The translations under genes and the position numbers were made by a program. The notes beneath the pieces are model-generated. The model made no database searches. It was not told the origin of the DNA and saw only the letters and a list, made by a program, of their open reading frames with translations. From the human T2T-CHM13v2.0 reference genome, Homo sapiens: DNA of 64,000 nt. This document shows, one piece after another, positions 1-13,954 of this stretch. The stretch is taken from assembly GCF_009914755.1 (NCBI RefSeq), contig NC_060929.1. One strand, 5' to 3'. Position 1 is the first letter of the stretch. Every line of letters begins with the position of its first letter.

Positions 1-67
1 TATGTTCCAGTAATATTTTCAAGAAAGAACTCTCAATTAACTTGCACCTGGATTGAAAATCAATTGG

Positions 68-69
<2 letters not shown>

Positions 70-110
<41 letters not shown>
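70..110. repeat. (CA)~20 microsatellite
   Basis: Perfect CA dinucleotide run; it explains the HTHTHT ORF 64..246. Confidence 0.98.
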
Positions 111-113
<3 letters not shown>

Positions 114-326
114 ATTTCTAGACTTCCTTTTCTGTTTCACTGATCCAGTTATCCTTATGTATATAGGAATATTTGTGTACAAATATATAGGAATATGTGT
201 ATACATATATTTTTCTGAACTCTATTATTTTCTATTAATCTATTAGTCTTCACACACATTGATGCCACACTGTTATCTAATAGATTTATAGTAAGTCTTG
301 AAACCAAGTACTGTAAGTCCTCCAAC
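111..326 (-). mobile_element. Ancient L1M (L1ME-like) ORF2 fragment, left piece of a host element split by later insertions
   Basis: The reverse complement resembles the degenerate L1 ORF2 'GG.T.PDFKTYYK...TVW' region. Similar old L1 sequence resumes right after the young L1 at ~6500. Confidence 0.6.
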
Positions 327-567
327 TTTTTTTCTTTTATATTATTTTTTTATTTTATTATTATTATACTTAAAGTTTTAGGGTACATGCGCACAACGTG
401 CAGATTTGTTACATATGTATACATGTGCCATGTTGGTGTGCTGCACCCATTAACTCGTCATTTAGCATTAGGTATATCTCCTAATGCTATCCCTCCCCAC
501 TCACCCCACCCCACAACAGTCCCCGGTGTGTGATGTTCCCCTTCCTGTGTCCATGTGTTCTCATTGT

Positions 568-4386
<3,819 letters not shown>

Positions 4387-4449
4387 TATGATGTTAGCTG
4401 GCTATTTCGCTCATTAGTTGATGCAGTTTCTTCTTAGCCTTGATGGTTT

Positions 4450-5467
4450 TTACAATTTGGCATGTTTTTGCAGTGGCTGGTACCAGTTGTTCCTTTTCCA
4501 TGTTTAGTGCTTCCTTCAGGAGCTCTTTTAGGGCAGGCCTCATGGTGACAAAATTTCTCAGCATTTGCTTGTCTGTAAAGTATTTTATTTCTCCTTCACT
4601 TATGAAGCTTAGTTTGGCTGGATATGAAATTCTGGGTTGAAAATTCTTTTCTTTAACAATGTTGAATATTGGCCCCCACTCTCTTCTGGCTTGTAGAGTT
4701 TCTGCTGAGAGATCAGCTGTTAGTCTGATGGGCTTCCCTTTTTGGGTAACCCGACCTTTCTCTCTGGCTGCCCTTAACATTTTTTCCTTTATTTCAACTT
4801 TGGTGAATCTGACAATTATGTGTCTTGGAGTTGCTCTTTTCGAGGAGTATCTTTGCGTCATTCTCTGTATTTCCTGAATTTGAATGTTGGCCTGCCTTGC
4901 TAGATTGGGGAAGTTCTTCTGGATAATGTCCTGCAGAGTGTTTTCCAACTTAGTTCCATTCTCCCCATCACTTTCAGGTGTACCAATCAGACGTAGATTT
5001 GGTCTTTTCACATAGTCCCATATTTCTTGGAGGCTTTGTTCGTTTCTTTTTATTCTTTTTTCTCTAAACTTCTCTTCTCACTTCATTTCATTCATTTCCT
5101 CTTCCATCACTGATACCCTTTCTTCCAGTTGATCACATCGGTTACTGAGGCTTGTGCATTCGTCACGTAGTTCTCGTACCATGGTTTTCAGCTCCATCAG
5201 GTCCTTTAAGGACTTCTCTGCATTGGTTATTCTAGTTATCCATTTGTCTAATTTTTTTTCAATGTTTTTAACTTCTTTGCCATTGGTTCGAACTTCCTCC
5301 TTTAGCTCGGAGTAGTTTGATCTTCTGAAGCCTTCTTCTCTCAACTCGTCAAAGTCATTCTCCATCCAGCTTTGTTCCATTGCTGGTAAGGAGCTGTGTT
5401 CCTTTGGAGGAGGAGAGGCGCTCTGATTTTTAGAGTTTCCAGTTTTTCTGCTCTGTTTTTTCCCCAT
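4450..5467 (-). pseudogene. L1 ORF1p, disrupted
   Basis: MGKKQSRKTGNSKNQSASPPPKE... has a premature TGA after EMNEMK (5078). It continues RPNLRLIG...ARREWG...YPAKLS, with a frameshift near the C-terminus. Confidence 0.95.
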
Positions 5468-5469
5468 CT

Positions 5470-6499
5470 TTGTGGTTTTATCTACCTTTGGTCTTTGATG
5501 ATGGTGATGTACAGATGGGTTTTTGGTGTGGATGTCCTTTCTGTTTGTTAGTTTTCCTTCTACCCATCAGGACCCTCAGCTGCAGGTCTGTTGGAGTTTG
5601 CTGGAGGTCCGCTCCAGACCCTGTTTGCCTGGGTATCAGCAGTGGTGGCTGCAGATCAGCGGATATTGGTGAACCGCAAATGCTGCTGCCTGATCGTTCC
5701 TCTGAAAGTTTTGTCTCAGAGGAGTACCTGGCCGTGTGAGGTGTCAGTCTGCCCCTACTGGTGGGTGCCTCCCAGTTAGGCTACTCGGGGGTCAGGGACC
5801 CACTTGAGGAGGCAGTCTGCCCATTCTCAGATCTCAAGCTGCGTGCTGGGAGAACCACTACTCTCTTCAAAGCTGTCAGACAGGGACACTTAAGTCTGCA
5901 GAGGATTCTGCTGCCTTTTGTTTGTCTGTGCCCTGCCCCTAGAGGTGGAGCCTACAGAGGCAGACAGGCCTCCTTAAGCTGTGGTGGGCTCCACCCAGTT
6001 CGAGTTTCCTGGCCGCTTCGTTTACCTACTCAAGCCTCGGCAATGGCGGGCGCCCCACCCCCAGCCTCGCTGCCACCTTGCAGTTTGATCTCAGACTGCT
6101 TTGCTAGCAATGAGCAAGGCTCCGTGGGTGTAGGACCCTCTGAGCCAGGTACGGGATATAATCTCCTGGTGTGCCGTTTGTTAAGCCCGTTGGAAAAGCA
6201 TAGTATTAGGGTGGGAGTGACCCGATTTTCCAGGTGCCATCTGTCACCCCTTTCTTTGACTAGGAAAGAGAATTCTCTGACCCCTTGCGCTTCCCGGGTG
6301 AGGTGATGCCTCGCCCTGCTTCAGCTCACACATGGTGTGCTGCACCCACAGTCCTGCACCCACTGTCCAGCACTCCCCAGTGAGAGGAACCCAGTACCTC
6401 AGTTGGAAATGCAGAAATCACCCATCTTCTGCATCGCTCACACTGGGAGCTGCAGACTGGAGTTGTTCCTATTTGGCCATCTTGGCTCCACCCCCCCCC
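5470..6499 (-). promoter_or_regulatory. L1 5'UTR internal sense promoter plus antisense promoter; YY1 site
   Basis: YY1 motif CAAGATGGCC on the minus strand at 6475-6484. GC-rich 5'UTR upstream of ORF1. Confidence 0.8.
6043..6306 (+). CDS. L1 ORF0 homolog (antisense 5'UTR ORF), 87 aa
   Basis: ATG at 6043 in gcaATGg context. MAGAPPPASLPPCSLISDCFASNEQGSVGVGPSEPG...IRVGVTRFSRC matches primate L1 ORF0p as I recall it. Expression is not shown. Confidence 0.75.
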   Translation: MAGAPPPASLPPCSLISDCFASNEQGSVGVGPSEPGTGYNLLVCRLLSPLEKHSIRVGVTRFSRCHLSPLSLTRKENSLTPCASRVR

Positions 6500-7145
6500 A
6501 TTTTTTCCTTCATTTTGATTTGCTGTAGGTTGTTCTAGGTGGTTTGCATTTTATATATACTTCAGAATTATCTTGTTTCTTCAAAATACATTTGTATTTT
6601 AATATGAATTAATTTGATCTATAGGTCAGTTTGGGTATAATGAACAACTTAATATAATGTCCAATCCATTAACATGGTATATATATTTATTAGGATTTAT
6701 TTAACTTCTCTCAGCTGAGTTTTACAGTTTCCCATATAAGGTTACTAAATATTTTTTATTAAGTCTACTCCTTAGTATTTGTTTTTAAATACTATTATAA
6801 ATAATATTAACTTTTAAACTAATTTTCAAATTCCGTGTTGAAAGTATATAGAAATACAATTTATATATTAATATTGTATCCCCAACCTTATTAAATGTAC
6901 CCTTTTAGTTTTATTTTTCTTGTAAATATCATAGAATTTTTTATAACCACAATCATTTCATCTGCAAATTACACAGTTTAATTTAAGAAGTTTTACTTCT
7001 TCTATTCCAGTCTGTATTCCTTTAATGTTTTATTATCTTATTGGTATGGAGTTCCGATAAAAGTTGAATAGAAACAGTGAGAACATTTTTTCCAAAATTT
7101 AAAGAAAATCAGTTAATGTTTCAATATTAAACATATTAGCCATAG

Positions 7146-7457
7146 TTTTTTTGTTTTGTTTTGTTTTTTGTTTTTTGAGACAGAGTCTTGCTTTGTCACC
7201 CAGGCTGGAGTGCAGTGGCACAATCTCAGCTCACAGCAACCTCCACCTCCCAGGTTGAAACAATTGTCTGCCTCAGCCTCCCGAGTAGCTGGGAATTACA
7301 GGCACCCACCACCACACCAGGCTAATTTTTTGTATTTTTAGTAGAGATGGTGTTTCACCATCTTGGCCAGGCTGGTCTTGGACTCCTCACCTCGTGATCC
7401 ACCCACCTCTGCCTCCCAAAGTGCTGGGATTATAGGTGTGAGCCACCGTGCCGGGAC
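7146..7457 (-). mobile_element. AluS element
   Basis: Dimeric Alu on the minus strand with a (TTTTG)n tail. TSD AGCCATAG at 7138-7145 and 7458-7465. Confidence 0.95.
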
Positions 7458-7531
7458 AGCCATAGATTTTTATAGATGCCTTTTATCAGATTAAAGCAAT
7501 CCTCTTCTATTCTTATTTGTTGAGAGGTGTT

Positions 7532-9391
7532 TGACAGAATTTGGGTAAAAGTCCCCCTAAGTCTCATGTTGAAATGTAATCTTTAATGTTAGAGGTGAGG
7601 CCTGGTGGGTGGTAACTGGATCACAGGGATGGATTTCTCATGAATGGCTTAGCACCATCTCCTTGGTGCTATCCTCACAATAGTGAGCGAGTTCTGGTGA
7701 GATCTGGTTTTTTAAAAGTGGGTGACACCTCCCCTCACTCTTGCTCCCACCCTTGCCATGTGAAATGTCTGCTCCTCCTTTGCCTTCTGCCATAATTGTA
7801 AGCTTCTTCAGACCCTCACCAGAAGTAGATGCTGATGCTGTTTTTCTTGTGCTGTCTGCAGAAGCATGAGCCAAATAAAATTCTTTTCATTATAAATTAC
7901 CTAACTCAAGTATTTCTTTATAGCAATGCAAGAATGGTCTAGCACAGAAAATTGGTACCAAGGAGTGGGGCATTGCTATAAAGATGCCTGAAAATGTGGA
8001 AGCAGCATTGGAAATGGGTAACAGGCAGAGGTTAGAGGAGTTTGGAGGGTTCAGAAGAAGACAGGAAGATGCGGGAAAATTTGGAACTTCTTAGAGACTG
8101 TTTAAATGGTTGGGACCAAGATGCTTATAGTGACATGGACAGTGAAGTTCAGGCTGACGAGGTCTCAGACGGAAATGAGGAACTTATTAGGAACTAGAGT
8201 GAAGGTCGTTGTTATGCCTTGGCAAAAAAAAAAAAACAAAAAAAAACCTTGTGTTCATGCCCTAGGTATCTATAGAAGTTTTAACTTTGGAGATGATGAC
8301 TTAGGGTATCTGGTGGAAGAAATTTTCAAGCAGCAAAGTGTTCAAAATATGGCCTGACTGCTTCTAACAGCGTACATTCAGATATGGTAGCAAAGAAATG
8401 ATTTAGAATTGGAAGTTATATTCAAAGGAGAAGCAGAATGTAAACGTTTGGAAAATTTGCAGCCTGGCTATGTGGCAAAGAAAAAGCATTATATTATCAA
8501 GAGAGAAATTCAAGCAAGCCAGGGAGCAACCCCTTGAAAGACAGGTTTGCATGACTCAAAGGGAGCTAAGTGCTAATATCCAAGACAATGGGGAAAAGGT
8601 CTCAAAGGCACTTCAGAGATCTTTGTGGCAGCCCCTCACATCATAAGCCCAGAGGCCCAGGAGGAAAGAATGGTTTTGTAGTTAGGCCCAAGTCCCCACT
8701 GTTGTGTGCATCCTCAAAACACTGCTCTCCCATACAGGCTATACTGGCTGAAGCCTCAGCTCACAGGGTCCCTGTTATAGCCCAGGTTGCTGCTCCAGAG
8801 GGCACAAGCCATAAGCCTTAGTGGTTTCCAGATGTCATTAAGCCTGCAGGTGCACAAGATGCAAGAGTAAAGGAGGCTTGGCATCCTCTGCCTAGATTTT
8901 GTAGAATGTATTGGAAAGCCTGGGCATCCAGGCAGAAGCCGGCTTGCAGGGGCAAAACCCTCACAGAGAATCTATACTAAGACAGTGTGAAGCAGAAATG
9001 TGGTGTTGAAGGCCCCACGCAGAGTCCCCACTGAGGCACTGGCTAGTGGAGCTGTGGGAAGGAGGCCACCATCCTACAGACTCCAGCATGCTAGATCCAC
9101 CATCCCTTGGTGCTATTCTCACAGTAGTGAGTTCTTGTGAGATCTGGTTGTTTAAAAGTGCATGGTAACTCCCCTCACTCTCTCTTGCTCCCATTCTTTC
9201 CATGTGAAACACCTGATCCCCCTTTGTCTTCTGCCATGACTGTAAGCTTCCTGAGGCCCTCCCCAGAAGCAGATGCTGGCTCCACGCTTCTTGTACTATC
9301 TGCAGAACCATGTGCCAATTAAACCTCTTTTCATTGTCAACTACCCAGACTAAGATATTTCTCTATAGAAACATAAGAATGGTCTAACACA
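7532..9391 (+). mobile_element. MaLR MSTB-like element: 5' LTR (7532-7946), internal region (7947-~9097), partial 3' LTR (~9098-9391)
   Basis: TG...CA termini, and the LTR is followed by the MST-internal start GAAAATTGGTACC. The second LTR copy matches the first from 'caccatc.cttggtgct'. 5-bp TSD GTGTT/GTATT. Confidence 0.85.
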
Positions 9392-9590
9392 GTATTGTCA
9401 TGAAGGGATATTGAACTTTGCCAATGGCTTTTTTCAAACCTAATGAGATTAGGATGATTTTCTATTTTATTCTGTTAGTAAAATGAATTACATTGATTGA
9501 TATTCAAATAGCAAACCAAGCTCACATTCCTGGATAAACTCATTGGTCATGTTTTATTATCCTTTTCACATGTTACTAGACTTGATTCAC

Positions 9591-10004
9591 TGTATTAGTT
9601 TGTTCTTGCATTGCTATAAAGAAATACCAGAGACTGGGTAATTTATAAAGAAAAGAGGTTTAATTGGCTCATAGTTCCACAGGCTGTACAGGAAGCATAG
9701 CAGCTTCGGCTTCCAGGGAGGCCTCCACAAACTTATAATCATGGTGGAAGTTGAAGGGGAAGCAGACACATCTTACATGGCTGGAGCAGGAGGAAGAGAG
9801 AGGGGGATGGGGTGCTATGCACTCTTAAACCACCAGATCTCACGAGAACTCACTCACTACTGTAACACGGTACCACAGGGAAAATCCACCCCATGATCCA
9901 ATCACGTCCCACTAGGCTCCACCTCCAACACTGGAGAGTACAATTTGACATGAGATTTCTGTGGGGTGGGTGACGGGATAGGGGTCACAAATCTAAACCA
10001 ATCA
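9591..10004 (-). mobile_element. MaLR MSTA/MSTB-like solo LTR
   Basis: TGTATTAGTT...AAACCAATCA. Perfect 5-bp TSD TTCAC at 9586-9590 and 10005-10009. Confidence 0.9.
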
Positions 10005-10255
10005 TTCACTAGTATTTTGTTAGTGAATTTTGTCTGTGTATTCATGAGAAATATTGTTCAGATATTTTATTGTCTTACTATATCTGTTTAAGATTTTAAT
10101 ATCAGGGCTATGCTGGCCTCAACAAAACAAAACAATGAAAAGAATTATAAAGCCTTCCCTTTGCTTCTATTTTCTGAAAGAGTCTGTACAGTATTGTAAT
10201 TATATCATTCTAAGATATTGGGTTGAATACTTGGATAAAACATCAAGACCTGGAA

Positions 10256-12000
10256 GGTAAAGTAATCAGGAAACAGTACTATTGGCTTAATAATGAACAA
10301 ATAGATTAGTGGGTGAGAGAGAGAGTCTATTCAAAATAGTGTTCAAACAACTTGAGATTCTAATATACTCCTCTTTAAATCATACACAAAAATTAATTCA
10401 ACATGAATTAAAGACCTAACCATAAAAACCAAAACACAAATCTTATTTAAAAAAAAGGAGCAAATGTCTTTGTGACCCTACTATAGACAGAGATTTCTTA
10501 GAACATAGATATCACAAACCTTAAAGAAAATATTAACAAATTGAAGTTCATCAACAATGAGAAATTATTAGAGAATTATAACTCAAAACCCTGAGGTAAA
10601 ATGACACACCAACATAAATGGCAAAAATTCGAAAGACTTAACACCACCAAATATTGGCAAGGATTTAAAGTAATGAAACTCTGATAGCATACTGGTGGGA
10701 GTGTAAAATGCTATAACCACATTGGAAAATGGTTTGGGAATTTTATGTTCAATTAAACATATGCCTACCTGTGACCCAAAAGTTCCACCGAAGATAAATA
10801 ATAAGCTAATTCTAGAAAAAGCCATATTCAAGAATGTTCATAGATACATATTTACTTATAGGCAAAACAAAACTATACCAATGTCATTCGACAGGAGATT
10901 TGATACATAAACTGTGGTGTATATCATGAAATACTATTCATCAATAGAAAAGCCAAATTAAGTATGCATAAAGCAGCATGGATAAATTCCAAAAACTTCA
11001 CGCTGAACAGAGAAGCCAGATACAAAAGTACATACCTTTGATTCCATTTAAGTGAATTTCCAGAACAAGCAAAACTAATTTATAGTGCAAGATATCAAAA
11101 TAGTTGCTTTGAGGAAAAGGGGAGTTGACTGGAAAAGGGCACAGAAAAATCTGGGGTGACGTTGCATGTGGCAACCAAAGGGATGTAAGCTGCTAGAAAA
11201 AATATTACCCTCTTCCATTTCCTTGATGGATACTTTTAAGTGGCTTTCAACATGGTTACATATATGGCTCCCAGCAAGATTAAACCCAATTGCTCAGAGC
11301 AGGGATCCCCTTGATAATGCAACTGTGGATGGACTTTCCTTCCTTTCCTGTTTATTCTTCCTAGTCCTATACTCTCCTTGGTTGGAACCAGTTTCTAAAA
11401 CACATTTTCTGCCCACAAGCCCATGTGCCAAGCTCTACTCTGTTGGGGAAAGAAACAAAAGTTATCTAGAGGGCTCTGTAGCTGTCAGGATGGATGAAAT
11501 CCAAATCTATTCAGTCATTTTTGTCACTCTGCTCATGATTCAAATCCTGGGAGAGAACACACAATTGGCGGAGCTTGGGTCCTATCTTCCAATACACAAG
11601 GGGTGGACGTAGGGTCCTTTGACAGATAGTTCGTCAAAGAGAAAAGAGGTAATTCCTCAAAAAAAAAAAAATGGAATTCTAATTCCAAATGAAAAATTGC
11701 TATTGTCTATATCTTTGTGTCCAAATTATATTAAGAACCTGAGGAGCATAACTTAGAAGAATAAGGTATATTTAAATTACAACCATAAATTAACAAAACT
11801 TAACATCATATTTACTTTTTACTTATTTTACTAAGAGTTTATAATTATAGGCCATTCCTACTTATGGAAATTAATTAAAAATTTAAAAATTTTGGGGCCA
11901 CAAGTAGGCATATGTTTTTGAGTGTGTGCATTTCTCAAAACTCATTAAACTGCACCATTTAAGATTTATTTCACTAAATGAAAATTACACCTCACTGAAA
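10256..12000 (+). mobile_element. Ancient L1ME-like 3' region, interrupted at 11163-11882 by a duplicated segment
   Basis: L1ME-type ORF2 end and 3'UTR motifs (caaaaattaattcaa, gactggaaaagggcac...ggggtga), resuming with 'catttctcaaaactcattaaactgcac' after 11900. Confidence 0.65.
11163..11882 (+). repeat. Direct duplication, copy 1 (~720 bp; paralog of 13222-13943)
   Basis: Collinear match from tgcatgtggcaac to ttaattaaaaat, roughly 90% identical by eye. Confidence 0.95.
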
Positions 12001-12029
12001 ATAAATGGAAGACACACACACAAAAAATG

Positions 12030-12240
12030 TGTCAGGCAAAGCTAATCTGCGGTGGTAAAAGTCAAGATAGTGATTACCCAAGGTATGAGATTATGACTTG
12101 ACAGAGGTATGAGGCAGCTTCTGCAGTACTGATAATGTCCTGTGTCTTAATCTGGGTGCTGGTTGTATTTGTGTTTAATTTGTTAAATTTCAATCATACT
12201 TATGATGTGTACACTTTTTAAATATACTGCACTTCAGTAT
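12030..12240 (+). mobile_element. L1ME 3'UTR fragment
   Basis: caggcaaagctaatct...gtcaagatagtgattacc...tcttaatctgggtgctggtt resembles the L1ME3/4 3' end. Confidence 0.55.
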
Positions 12241-12927
12241 AATTAGCATTTTTAAATTTTGATGCAAGTAATCACAAAAGGATGTTCCATCAATTCCTAG
12301 ATATAAACATACTTACTGTATCATTGACACAATGGGATGTAAGGGAGTTTCTAGCTGTACCATCCTATTGTGCACAATAAGCTCCTAGTGGAAAAGGTTT
12401 AACCTGTTACTATGACAGTATGCTTTGACTACCACATTCACAGAGAATAAATCATTTCAATTTAATCTGTCCAGTTGCTTTATTATTAAAGATGACAAGG
12501 AAGCAACAGTGAACATCACTAGAGAAATCTCAGCAATATACATCTGTCACATTATAATACAGTGGAATCAGAGATCATTCAGGACCGTCATAATTGTAAT
12601 TTCAGAAAACCAAATACTATTTGTGTGATAGCATCCACCTGTATCTCTTTAACCTGTATTTTCAATTTGCTGCCTGTTTATATCTATTCAAACCTGAAGC
12701 ATTACAAGTCATTAAATACCATGTAAATAAGTTAGGCCTAACGGTAAAGAATGAGAAGCTAACTTGGGATCATCAGCATCTGGCGCCAGAAGATTATATT
12801 TTAACAATAGCTATATGGTCCTTGAAGTATAACATAAGTATTTTGATAGACATGCCAAGATGCAACTAAGGAAATAGACTTTACTAGAGATGAAACTATC
12901 TCCTGGTGAAAGAAAACATTAACGGAT

Positions 12928-13750
12928 GTGTCAGTTAGGGTTCTTTGGTTGCAATCTATAGAAACTCACTTCAGCTAACATAAGCAAAAAAATGTATTAT
13001 AAGTTGATTTGGGGATTTCTCATCGGATTAAGGTGAGGAAGGACACGAAGACATCTTTGGGTCTTTGAAAAGGTAAACTGATGGAAGTGTGATGGAAGTG
13101 GACTACTTGACCTCACCTCACATCTTCTTGGATCAACTCCCTACCAATAGAATGTCTGTGGGCAACCACTCGGTCATTCTAGCACATGCATAAAAACCTG
13201 AAGATGTGAAACGGGTCATGATGCATGTGGCAACTGAAGGGACGTAGGCTGCTAGAAAAAATATTACCCTCTTCTATTGCCTTGATGGATACTTTTAAGT
13301 GGCTTTCAATGTGGTTACGTATATGGCTCCCAGCAAGATTAAACACAATTGCTCAGAGCAGGGATCCCCTTGATAATGCAACTCTGGATAGACTTTCCTT
13401 CCTTTCCTGTTTATTCTTCTTAGCCCTATACTCTCCTTGGTTGGAACCACTTTCTGAAACACACTTTCTGCCCACAAGCCCATGTGCCAAGCTTTACTCT
13501 TTTGGGGAAAGAAACAAAAGCTATCTACAGGGCTCTGTAGCTGTCAGGATGGATGAAATCCAAACCTATTCAGTCATTTTTGTCACTCTGCTCATAATTC
13601 AAATCCTGAGAGAGAACACACAATTGGCCTAGCTTGGGTCTTATCTTCCACTATTCAAGGGGTGGGCATAAGGTCCTTTGAAAGATAGTTCCTCAAAGAG
13701 AAAAGAGGTAATTCCTTGAAAAAAAAATTGGAATTATAATTCCAAATGAA
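12928..13750. mobile_element. Old MLT1-type LTR with a probable nested ERVL-type LTR fragment
   Basis: tgtgtcagttagggttctttggttgcaa...agaaactcacttcagcta is a typical MLT1(J/K/L) terminus. Confidence 0.45.
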
Positions 13751-13943
13751 GAAAAATTGCTATTGTCTATATCTTTCTGTGTCCAAATTACATTAAGAAC
13801 CTAAGGAGCATAACTTAGAATAAGGTATATTTAAGTTACAACCCTAAATTAACAAAACTGTTAATGTCATATTTGCATTTTACTTATTTTACTAAGAGTT
13901 TGTCATTATAGGTCATTCCTATTTATGGCAATTAATTAAAAAT
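13222..13943 (+). repeat. Direct duplication, copy 2 (probable donor)
   Basis: Offset ~2059 bp from copy 1 and embedded in its native LTR-derived flank. Confidence 0.95.
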
Positions 13944-13954
13944 CCATTATGAAT

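Larger units (their letters stand above)
6500..10255 (-). mobile_element. Ancient L1M ORF2 relic, interrupted by an Alu and two MST insertions
   Basis: Degenerate L1 RT-region sequence at 6500-7137, 7466-7531, 9392-9590 and 10005-10255, collinear across the insertions. Confidence 0.65.

Noticed and set aside
10230-10290. Twin-priming L1 inversion at the minus/plus L1 junction
   Set aside because: The minus-strand relic already covers the same ORF2 region (around 200-326) where the plus fragment begins, so two separate elements are more likely.
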